This document shows, in pieces, positions 50,616 through 61,799 of a DNA stretch of 64,000 nt. The position numbers and the translations under genes were made by a program. Within the stretch, counting starts at the first letter, position 1; the number at the start of each line of letters is the position of its first letter. Below the pieces are notes generated by a model that was not told the origin of the DNA, did no database searches, and was given only the letters and a program-made list of their open reading frames with translations. The stretch is from Centroscyllium fabricii (taxonomy: Eukaryota), in contig JBNRSN020000022.1 in NCBI GenBank assembly GCA_051313645.2, positions 43,710,001-43,774,000 of the forward strand. Direction: 5' to 3'.

Positions 50616-51544
50616 CAATGGCTATTTTTTTCTGGAGTAAAAACAGAAAATGCTAGAAATATGTAATCGTTGGGCATCCAAAAAGAGAAGACATGTTATT
50701 TGTCATAGAGTCATAGAGTAATACAGCACAGAAAGAGGCCCTTCGGCCCATCGCGTCCGTGCCGCCCATCAGGTACATAGGTCCCTGAAGGCAGCAGGAC
50801 AGGTGGATAAGGTAGTTAAAAAGGCATATGGGATACTTGCGTTCATTAGCCGAGGCATAGAATATAAGAGCAGGGAGGTTATGATGGAGCTGTACAAAAC
50901 GCTGGTAAGACCACAGCTGGAGTACTGTGTGCAGTTCTGGTCGCCACACTATAGGAAGGATGTAATAGCTTTGGAGAGGGTGCAGAGGAGATTCACCAGG
51001 ATGCTGCCTTGGCTGGGGAGCCTCAGCTATCTGGAGAGGCTGGGGTTGTTTTCCTTGGAGCAGAGGAGGCTGAGGGGGGACCTGATTGAGGTATACAAAA
51101 TTATGAGGGGAATAGATAAGGTGGATGGAGTGGAACTTTTTCCCTTGGTTGAGGGGTCAATAACTAGGGGGCATAATTTTAGGGTAAGGGGCAGGAGGTA
51201 TCGTGGGGATGTGAGGAAGAACTTTTTCACCCAGAGGGTGGTTGGAGTCTGGAACTCACTGCCTGAGAGGGTGGTAGAGGCGGGAACCCTCACAACATTC
51301 AAAAAGCATTTGGATGAGCACTTGAAATGTCACAGCATACAAGGCTACGGACCAAATGCGGGAAAATGGGAGCAGTATAGACTGGGATTGATGGGTGGCA
51401 CGGACGCGATGGGCCGAAGGGCCTCTTTCTGTGCTGTATTACTCTATGACTCTATGACAAATAACATGTCTTCTCTTTTTGGATGCCCAACGATTACATA
51501 TTTCTAGCATTTTCTGTTTTTACTCCAGAAAAAAATAGCCATTG
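50616..51544. repeat. 156-bp inverted repeat (50616-50771 / 51389-51544) enclosing a young CR1 3' fragment (50772-51458, plus)
   Basis: Arms are reverse complements with one mismatch seen; both ORF translations end MGGTDAMGRRASFCAVLLYDSMTNNMSSLFGCPTITYF. Confidence 0.9.
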
Positions 51545-51898
51545 TCACATTTTAAGCTTACAATTTCTCTTTTTTGACCATTTTCCCTTCTACTGAAAGT
51601 GCTTGTTACGTCTGTGTTATTTGGAGGACAATAACGACAGACACAGGTTAACGTTCTAACACTGGGTGATCTTTACTGTACATGGTAAAATCACGAACTG
51701 AACTGTAGCGCTCCTCGCGCTTACATTTATACACAACAGTGGTGAGCCTCAGTACTGCAATGTACTGATGCTCACAAAGTAGTGCCCAATAGGAGCTGAG
51801 CATTGCCCCTAATGTACATACACCACATTCCTCCCCACTTAATTAACCTTATGGTACATCGTTCAGAATAGGGAAGGACTAACAACTGTACATGGTCT

Positions 51899-54800
51899 TG
51901 TGGCGACACGCCCACCTGCAGCATCGAATCCGCCTCAGGAACGCTGCAAGACGGCCCCGCCCGCTGGGCGGCGCACTGACGTCGCCGGCATCCCCGACAT
52001 GATGACGTCACCAGGTGGCCAACCGGCAGTGACGTCACCTACCGCGGGACCTTTAAATACCTGAGCGCCAGGTGGTTCACTCTCTTTCCCACCTGGCCCT
52101 AGCTGTAACAACATTAAACGTTAATCTTCCGAATCCTCTGTGTCCAGTGTGGTCCTTCGGCCCTGCATGCCTCTACAGTGGTGACCTCGATACTTGGGAC
52201 GATTCTCAAGGGAACAATGAAGCAGTCGCTGCAGGACTGAGGGCCAAGCTGCCTCAGTGGAATCGCTATCACCATGCCAGCAGGGAACGACCCAGCACGC
52301 CAAAGCAGACGGGGCCAACTCTACCACCAGATCCCAGCCCTACCGCAGTTCTGGGAGCTCCGTCCAGTGGCTTGGTTCCTCAACACGGAGAACACCTTCC
52401 GCATCTATGGCGTGCAGGGAGACGACCGCTACAGCCTGCTCTTCGCAGCCCTTGCACAGTCCACCATCGACAGAATGTGGGACACCATCGAGCAAGATAC
52501 TACTGCTGGCAGGTACGAATCGCTAAAGGCCGCGCTGCTTGAAAAATTTACCCCAACCATTTTCAAGCGCGATTGCCAGGTCATTAACCTCCCCGACCTG
52601 GGAGACGCAGACCCCACCGACTTGTGGGTCCAGTTCGAGGCGCTCAATCGCGACCCGGCCACCCTTAAGCGCGCCCTGTTCCTCCTTAAGCTGCCCCCCT
52701 CCATCAGACCGACACTGACGGTCTTGGAGCACCTCTCAAACAGGCAGCTAGCTCAGGAGGCAGACAAGCTCATTAAGGCCGAGCGCACCCGCGCCACCAT
52801 GCACCGTAACGCTGCCGCCCAACAAGAGCAGCACTACGCGCAACCCCGGCCCCAACTCAGAGCTGCGCGGACACACAAAAAACCGCGCGCCACGGGACCC
52901 GGCTGGTGCTACTACCACACCAGGTTTGAGGCCAAAGCGCAGCGCTGCGTCCAGCCCTGCACCTTCAAACCCCAAACCAGCCCAGGCCCCACCATGTGCG
53001 TCGGCCGCTCCGGAGCACTGCTCTTCGTGACAGACAGTGTCTCAGGCCTCCGCTTCCTCTGCGACACAGGCGCGCAGCACAGCATCGTGCCGGCCTCTCC
53101 CGCAGAATCCAAGCAGGGCACCCAAGGCCCACCACTCGAAGCCGCAAACGGCTCCGAGATACTCACGTTCGGTACCCGCCAGCTTACCATTAAGCTAGCA
53201 GGCCACAGGTACACGTGGGACTTCATTACCGCGCAGGTCAAAATACCCCTACTCGGGGCCGACTTTCTGTGCGCCCACGGGCTCCTAGTCGACGTTACCC
53301 GGCGCCGCCTGGTCGACATCCACCTCATGTCGACCATCCCTTGCTCCGCAGGCCCAGCACACCAGACCCACGCAGCAGCCCACTGCCGGGCCCGGAACTC
53401 CGACACGTACGCCACAATGCTCGCTGAGTTCCCGGCCCTCACCAATCCCACCTTCACAGCCCGCTCCGCCAAGCACGGCGTTGAGCACCACATCACCACC
53501 ACAGGCCACCCAGTCCATGCCCACGCACGCAGGCTGGACCCAGCCAAGCTGGAGATCGCGCGCGCCAAGTTCCACATCATGGAACAGCTCGGCATAATCC
53601 GCCGCTCCAGCAGCCCCTGGGCCTCCCCCCTCCACATCGCCCCCAAACCCGACGGCGGCTGGCGCCCCTGTGGAGACTACCGCCGCCTCAACAACGCCAC
53701 CACCACAGACAGGTACCCCGTCCCCCACATCCAAGATTTTTCCGCAAGGCTAGCCGGCTGCACGGTCTTTTCAAAGATCGACCTGGTACGGGGCTACCAC
53801 CAAGTTCCAGTGCACCCGGCGGACGTCCCTAAGACAGCCGTCATCACCCCATTCGGCCTGTTCGAATTCCTCCGAATGCTCTTCGGACTTAAAAACGCGG
53901 CCCAGGCCTTCCAGCGCCTCATGGACTCAGTCCTCCGGGACCTGCAGTTCACATTCGTCTATCTGGACGACATCCTAGTGGCCAGCACCTCCCCCCAGGA
54001 ACACCTCATCCACCTCAGGACCCTTTTCAACCGCCTGGCCGAACACGGCCTTATATTAAGCCCCTCCAAGTGTCAATTCGGCCTCGAGGCTATCGACTTC
54101 CTCGGCCACCACATCTCCCAGACCGGGGCCATACCCCTGCCCTCCAAGGTGCAGGCGGTCCAGGAATTCCCCCGCCCGCACACCATCAAGGGGCTGCAGG
54201 AATTCCTCGGGATGGTTAACTTTTACAATCGTTTCATCCCCGGAGCAGCCGCTCTCATGGCCCCCCTCTATCAGGCCACCCGCGGGCAGTCCAACAAGTC
54301 TGCAGTCGAGTGGACGGCCGAAGCCGCCACCGCCTGCACCGCAACCAAAACAGCCCTGGCCAACGCCACGCTCCTCAGCCACCCTAGGCCCAACGCCAGA
54401 GTAGCCCTCACCACCGACGCCTCCGACCACGCTGTCGGAGCAGTCTTTGAGCAGTGGACGGGCGACTCCTGGCAGCCACTGGCCTTTTTCAGCCGACAAC
54501 TCCGGCCCCCAGAGGTCAAGTACAGCGCCTTCGATAGGGAGCTACTCGCTCTCTACCTCGCGGTGCGCCACTTTCGCTTCCTCTTGGAGGGCCGCCACTT
54601 CACAGCCTTCGTGGATCACAAGCCACTGGTCTCCGCAATGGCTAAGATCTCCGAACCCTGGTCGGCCAGGCAGCAGCGCCAGCTCGCGGCTGTGTCCGAA
54701 TTCACGACCGACATCCAGCACATTGCCGGCCGCGACAACGTGGTCGCTGACTGCCTCTCACGCCCCGCCATCGGCAAAGCAACCCCCGACCACCCCCCAT

Positions 54801-56791
54801 GGCCCACCAGCGGCAAGCCAGCCACCGGCCATCCCCTACGCCCCGCCACCAGCAGCGCGGGCCCCACCGGCACACAAACCGCCGAGCACCCCCCACGCCC
54901 CGCCATCGACAGCGCGGTCGCCGACAACCCCCCAGCACCCGCCACCGACCACGCCTGCGCGCACTGCCTCTCATACCCAGCCACCAACTCCGTCCAAACG
55001 GCCGTCGACTACACCAAAATGGCGGCCGACCAACTGACCGACCCCGACCTCCTCGACCCCGCCAACAACCTCCCCGGCCTGCTCCTAGCCACCGTAGCAT
55101 ACGGACCCACAGCCACGGGGGTCCGCTGCGACGTCACCCTGCCCCAACCCAGACCCATCGTCCCCCACACGTGGAGGCGACACATCTTTCAGACCCTCCA
55201 TGGCCTATCCCACCCCGGTGTCCGAGCATCCACCAAGCTCATCTCTGCGCGATTCGTTTAGCGCGGCCTACGCAAGGACGTCCGCGCCTGGACCAACGCC
55301 TGCAATGCCTGCCAGCGCGCCAAGGTGCACAACCACATCAAGGCACCGCTCGAGCCAATCGCCATCCCAGCTAGACGCTTCAGCCACGTTCACATTGACC
55401 TGGTCGGACCACTACCTCCATCACGTGGACATTCATACCTCTTAACAATGGTCGACCGCACCACCCGCTGGCCTGAAGCGGTCCCCCTCAGCACGACCAC
55501 CACCGCCGACCTGGCCAGGGCCTTCATTGCCACCTGGGTCGCCCGGTTCGGCGTCCCCACCGACATCACTTCAGACAGGGGCCCCCAATTCACTTCAACC
55601 CTATGGTCAACCATCGCTCACGACCTCGGGGCAACCCTGCACCGAACCACCGCCTACCACCCACAGGCCAACGGCCTCTGCGAACGGTTCCACCGATCTT
55701 TCAAGGCCTCCCTGCGGGCCAGCCTCCAGGACGCAACCTGGACCGACCGCCTGCCCTGGGTAATGCTCGGCCTCCGCTCGGCGGCCAAAGAAGACCTACA
55801 CGCCTCGGCAGCCGAGCTGGTATATGGCCAACCACTAACTGTACCGGGCGAGTTCGTGGCAGAAACGAACGAACCCTGGTCAGCCGAGCGCTGCCTCAGA
55901 GACTTTAACAACCAGGCAGCAGCATTCAAACCACTTCCGGTGGCCCGGCACGGACAGCCGGCGGCACGTGTTCCCGAGGGCATCCAAGACGCCAAGTATG
56001 TGTTTGTCCGCCACGACGCACACCGAACACCGCTGCAGCCACCGTACGACGGACCATTTAGAGTGCTTCGGGCGGGACCCAAAACTTTTGACATTAAAAT
56101 GGGCAACAGAACTGAGACCGTATCCATTGACCGGCTCAAACCAGCACACGTAATGGCGGGCGAGACAACAGTCCCCGCACAACCACCAAAGCGCGGACGC
56201 CCTACCGCACCAAACCCCGCCCACACTCCCACGCAGAACAAGGAGCAGCGCATGACACGTGCCGGCCGCATCATCAGGCCACCTCAGCGCCTCGCCTGAG
56301 ACGACACGTGCGGGCCACACCATCGGGCCGCCACAACACCACTCTTCGAACCACGGAACAGCACACAACACCTGCCGGCCACAACATCAGGCCATTGCGG
56401 CAAACTGTCGGACATTCTGTGTGATAATCGAAATGTGTGTTTGCTCTCCTTTATGTCTCCCTCTCCTCTAGGTCCAACCACGCTTTCCCTCACGGATTCT
56501 GGGGGGGAGCTGTGTGGCGACACGCCCACCTGCAGCATCGAATCCGCCTCAGGAACGCTGCAAGACGGCCCCGCCCGCCGGGCGGCGCACTGACGTCGCC
56601 GGCATCCCCGACGTGATGACGTCACCAGGTGGCCAACCGGCAGTGACGTCACCTACCACGGGACCTTTAAATAAATGAGCGCCAGGTGGTTCACTCTCTT
56701 TCCCACCTGGCCCTAGCTGTAACAACATTAAACGTTAATCTTCCGAATCCTCTGTGTCCAGTGTGGTCCTTCGGCCCTGCATGCCTCTACA
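51899..56791 (+). mobile_element. Full-length Ty3/Gypsy provirus; 279-bp LTRs 51899-52177 and 56513-56791
   Basis: 4-bp TSD GTCT; tRNA-Trp-like PBS TGGTGACCTCGA; PPT GGGGGGGAG; 5 LTR differences counted by eye. Confidence 0.97.
52274..56299 (+). pseudogene. Single-frame gag-PR-RT-RNase H-IN polyprotein with one nonsense codon (TAG 55259-55261)
   Basis: 995-aa ORF (WCYYH..F...A.RC..PC, CDTGA, YLDD) continues in frame into the integrase ORF; the sister copy has ARFVWRG, so TGG became TAG. Confidence 0.9.
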
Positions 56792-59700
56792 GTCTCTATA
56801 TTTACACGCAATCACAGGTTCAGTCTCTGTGGAGGCCGGCGGTCTCCAGTCGGGTATCGTCTCCCAGCGTTTGGTGGGGGAGTAGTCCCAGTAGACTGAC
56901 CGTCTGTCTCTGAACAGCCTTCCTCAGGCTCTGATTCGTTTGTGGAGTTGTCCTCCGATAGTCGTGCCTCTGGCTTGGTCACCATATCCCGCACAATCTG
57001 GTCGGTTGTCTTACTGGACCTTCCTGGGTGTCTACTGTGTACGTTCTTTGTCCTTGTCGTTGGCTGACTACTCCAGCCTGCCACTTGTCCTTTCGGTAGT
57101 CTCTCACGAGTACTTCCTGGCCCACATCAAAGTCCCTTGGTTTCTTGTCCGTCTTGCGGAACATCTTCCCTTCGACGTCCCGTCGAATGTTTGGCTGCAA
57201 CAAGTCAAACCTGTTCCTCAGTCTCCTGTTGAGGAATAACACTGCAGGGGCCTGGTCAGTGGTTGTATGTGCGACATTTCTGTAGGAAAAGAGGAAATTG
57301 TCAATTTTGTGTTGAAGGTTCAACTTTCCTCCCTCCATAGATTTCATCGCCTTCTTAAAGGTTTGGACAAAGCGTTCTGCTAACCCATTGGTGGCCGGGT
57401 GATACGGGGCAGACTTATAGTGTCGGATGCCGTTTCTCTTTAGAAATGCGCTAAACTCCTCCGACGCAAACTGGGGGCCATTGTCGGAACCGATCAGTTC
57501 CGGAATACCATTTCGGGCAAAAATGGTTCTTAACACTGAGATGGTCTTCTCAGTGGTAGTGGAGGACATCCGGATTACTTCTGGCCACTTTGAATGGGTG
57601 TCAACGACAATGAGAAACATTGCGTCCATAAAGGGTCCAGCAAAGTCAATATGGATGCGTTGCCATGGTGATGAGGGCCACTCCCATGGATGCACGGAAG
57701 CCTGGGGCGGTGCGTTTTGTACCATTTTGCACCCTGTGCACTCACTGGCCAACTGTTCAATGTCCTTGTCTATCCTGGGCCACCACACATATGCCCACGC
57801 TAAGGACTTCATTTTCACGCCCCCCAGATGCCCCTCGTGAAGGTCGGCCAAAATTTGCTTCCTCAGCTTACTGGGGATCACTACTCTTTCCCCGCACATC
57901 AGTGTGGCCCTACAGACCGATAACTGGTCCTTCCTGTTGGCGTACTCCGGCCAATTCTGAAGGTCTTCTCTAGACCATCCTTTTACAACTATGGCAAAGA
58001 TTTTCGCCAGGCAGGGATCATTTTTGGTCTCTCTCTCGATCTGTCGACTGGTGATCGGAAGTTGTTCAACCACTACTGCGTGGTATAGTTCCAGGGGATC
58101 CTGTTGTCCCCCCTCTCCCGTCTCTGGTAAGGGTAAGCGAGACAGTCCGTCTGCGTTACCGTGTCTCTTTGTGCCCCTATGTTCTATCTGGTATTTATGT
58201 GCGCCCAAGAACAGTGCCCATCTTTGTAGTCTTTGCGCTGTCATCTGGGGTACCCCTTTTTCCGGGTGGAAGATGGAGATCAGGGGTTGGTGGTCCATGA
58301 GGAGTGTGAATTCCTGGCCGTGTAGGTAATGGTGAAACTTTTTCACCCCCCATAGTAAACTGAGCGCTTCCCGGTCTATTTGGGCGTAGTTTTTCTCTGC
58401 CGCCGTGAGGGACTTGGATGCAAAAGCTATGGGTCTTTCTGACCCGTCTGGGCATCGGTGGGAGAGGACCGCTCCAATGCCGTAAGGGGACGCGTCACAT
58501 GCCAACTTAATGGGCAGGTTAGGGTCGAAGTGCATTGATACCTCCTTGGAGGTGATCATACGTTTGCTTTTGTCAAACGCGGTCTGACAGGGCTTGTCCC
58601 AATTCCCGGGTGTTCCCGCCTGTAGGACTGTATTCAGGGGGTATAGTACCATCGATAGATTCGGTAGGAACTTATGGTAGTAATTGATGAGCCCCAAAAA
58701 TGATCTAAGCTGATTCACATTCTGTGGTGTTGGGGCTTCTACTACCGCTGCTATCTTGTCGGGTGATTTGTGCAACCCTTCGCTGTGTATTTCGTGGCCG
58801 CAGTACGAAATTTTATTTTTAAAGAATTCACACTTCGTTCTATTGGCTCTTAGCCCATATTCTTTAAGTCTTTCCAAGACTGCTGTTAAGTTGGCTAGAT
58901 GTTCCCCATCAGTTTTTCCTGTTACCGGGATATCATCCAGGTAACACTGTGTCCCTGGAATACCCTGCAATACCTGGTCCATGGTTCTCTGCCAGATTGC
59001 TGGTGCCGAGGCAATACCAAACACCATCCTATTGTATTGGTACAATCCTTTGTGGGTGTTGATGGTCAACAGTTTTCTTGACTCCTGCTCCACTTCCATC
59101 TGCAGGTATGCCTGTGAGAGGTCTATCTTGCTGAACCGTTTCCCCCCTGCTAAGGAAGCAAAGATATCATCAATTCTCGGCAAAGGGTATTGGACAACTT
59201 TCAGCAGTCAATGGTCATTTTAAAGTCCCCACAAATGCACACTTTAGTCTTCTCCCCCTCTTTGGTTTGTGTCTTTTTGATTACAGGGACAATGGGCGTG
59301 GCCCAATCACTCCAATCTACTTTGGACAGAACTCCCTCTGCCTCTAGATTTTCCAGTTCAGCTTCTACCGCTGGACGAATGGCGTAGGGTACCGGCCTTG
59401 CCTTCGCAAATATCGGGTTTGCCCCTTGCGTGAGCTTGACTGTGGCCTGAAATTTTGTCAGCTTCCCCAAGCCGGATTAGAAGACCTCTGGGTTCCTCTC
59501 CAGTATTCTCTCTACCTGTTGCCTGACCGGTTGGTCCTCGTTTTTTTTTTTTTTTCTACCATCCCGACGTGGTGTATCGTGCCCCAGTCTAAGTGAATTT
59601 TCCTCATCCACTCTCTCCCCAGGAGTGGCGCTCCGCCGTCTTTCAGGACGTATAGGTAGAGGCCTTTAGTCTGCTTGCCTTCGTATTTCACTGAGACTGC

Positions 59701-60786
59701 CAACCGTCCCAAGGTCCTGAACTTTTGTCCCGTATATGTCTTTAGAATCACGGGTGACTGTTCTCGGGGAATCCCCTTAAAGGTTTTCTTGTAAAACCGT
59801 TCGTTTATAACAGACCGAGCTGACCCTGTGTCGAGCTCCATCGATATGGGTACCCCTGCCACCTTGAGGGGAATCCACATAATCTTCCGGTCCCGGTCCG
59901 CTTGCGTGCCCATGTTATGGACCGTTAGGCTTCCTAGCCCCCAGTGCTGTCTGCCCTGGTCCTCTGGTTCGCTCTCCAAACCATCCTCAGTAATATTGTG
60001 GACCTTCCTGGGCCCGCCCTGTTTGTGGTTTTGTCGTCTTGCCCTTTTGTCTGTCTTCCGGACCGGCCTATCTTGCCACACTGCCAGCAATCTTTGTCTT
60101 TGGCCCAGCAATTGGTTTGGTCGTGTGTGGACTTGCCACACCTGAAGCACTTTTACTTGTGGCAAGTAATCTCGTGGGCTTCCACACAACCCCCACTGTT
60201 CCTTATTTGTGCTGCCCCTGCTGCAGCGGCCTCGTGGGCTGCGGCTATCTCAATAGCTTGTTCTAGCGTTAAAGTCTTTTTGGCCAGTAATCTCTTCTGG
60301 GTGGCCTCATCTATTATGCCGCAAACAAATCTATCTCTCAAATAGGCCGTTAGCTCATGCCCAAACTCACAGTGTATTGACAAGCGTCGAAGCTCTGTCA
60401 AATATTCTGATTGGGACTCCCCTTTCTGTTGCTCCCTTTTAAAGAATTTGAACCTTTCTGCAATAAAGGGTGGTTTGGGGTTTAAGTTCTCCCGTAAAAT
60501 CTCTTTCACTTCTTGCAGTGATTTGTCCACTGGTCTCTGTGGTGATACCAGTGTTCGCAATAACCCATAGGTTTCGGATCCTACTGAATTTAACAAGACC
60601 TTGAGTTTGTTATCATCAGCTACTGTCTGCACCTCGCAGTATATGTCGAACCGCTCTAAGTACGCTTCCCAGTCCTCTTTCCCAGGCTGAAAAGTCCCAA
60701 ACCCATTGGGTGTTGCTCTGTTTTGTCGGTTTCTGCCCGCCTCTTGTGGGCCGTTTTCCTGTTCCCCCATCCTTGCTTATTGGGGT

Positions 60787-60920
60787 AAAATGGCGTCTGG
60801 TCCCGCCCCTTGCGCGTCTCTTCCGTTGTCTTCACGCTTCAAGATGGCGTCTGGTCCCGCCCCCTGCGCGTCTCTTCCGTTGTCTTCGCGCTCAAAGATG
60901 GCGTCTGGTCCCGCCCCTGT
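60787..60920. repeat. 54-bp tandem repeat (~2.5 units) in the Mag 5'/gag region
   Basis: AAGATGGCGTCTGGTCCCGCCCC...TCTTCCGTTGTCTTC repeated. Confidence 0.8.
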
Positions 60921-61799
60921 GCATCTCTTCCGGTCGCCAATTTTATGCTCACCACGGGTCGGAGAACAGTCCCTGGTTCTCAACGACCCCTCCAGGTACC
61001 TGCGCTCTGTGGTCTCTCTGCCGCTGGAGCTGGACACCGATTGCTGCTGGCCTTCTCCCCCCCCCCCCCCCCCCCTGCGGAGCTTCTGCTGGCTGCTGTT
61101 GCCGCGCTCTGCAGGCTACTGTGTGGGGCTTCTTCTGGTTGCTGTTGCCGTTCGCTGAAGGCTGCTGCTAGTGATTTGTGTTGGCTTCTGGTGTAGATCT
61201 CTGCAGGCTGCTGTGTTGAGCTTCTTCTGGCTGCTTCCGAGTTCCTCCTTCAAATTGCAGCCCCTCCTAAGTTCGAGGTGCAGGGTGTGCCGTGGTCGTC
61301 GATGGATTTGTTCTGGTAAGAACTCTCATCCTTATTCTAGTGTGGCCGATTGCACAGCTAGGTGTTCGATTGACCTCATCGTCATTGTTACGTCTGTGTT
61401 ATTTGGAGGACATAACGACAGACACAGGTTAACGGTCTAACACTGGGTGATCTTTACTGTACATGGTAAAATCACGAACTGAACTGTAGCGCTCCTCGCG
61501 CTTACGTTTATATACAACAGTGGTGAGCCTCAGTACTGCAATGTACTGACGCTCACAAAGTAGTGCCCAATGGGAGCTGAGCATTGCCCCTAATGTACAT
61601 ACACCACAGTGCTGATTCTTGCTGGAGCAGCGAACAGTTCTACAGGCACCATCTAGTACTCTGCCCAAATGGTCATTCTTCATAAATGGAGCAAGACACT
61701 GGGAATAAAATTGGTGTTTGCCAGTAGTGTGGAAGCAGCTGATAACGAATCAGCAGCCCATTTCCAGCATGTCTGATTTTTTCTTTTCCAGTAAATAAT

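Larger units (their letters stand above)
51604..61608 (-). mobile_element. Mag-clade (K02A2.6-like) Gypsy provirus; 5' LTR 61386-61608, 3' LTR 51604-51827; frameshifted gag-pol; split by a nested Gypsy
   Basis: 5-bp TSD GTGCT (51599-51603, 61609-61613); TG...CA LTRs; degenerate tRNA-Ser-type PBS TGACGATGAGG; PPT AAGTGGGGAGGAA; gag 60153..60770, protease LDTGS 59512..60189, RT-RH-IN 56979..59183. Confidence 0.95.

Noticed and set aside
55259-55261. Programmed stop-codon readthrough in the Gypsy polyprotein
   Set aside because: The stop replaces a conserved Trp inside the integrase zinc-binding region and the sister copy has Trp; a simple nonsense mutation is more likely.
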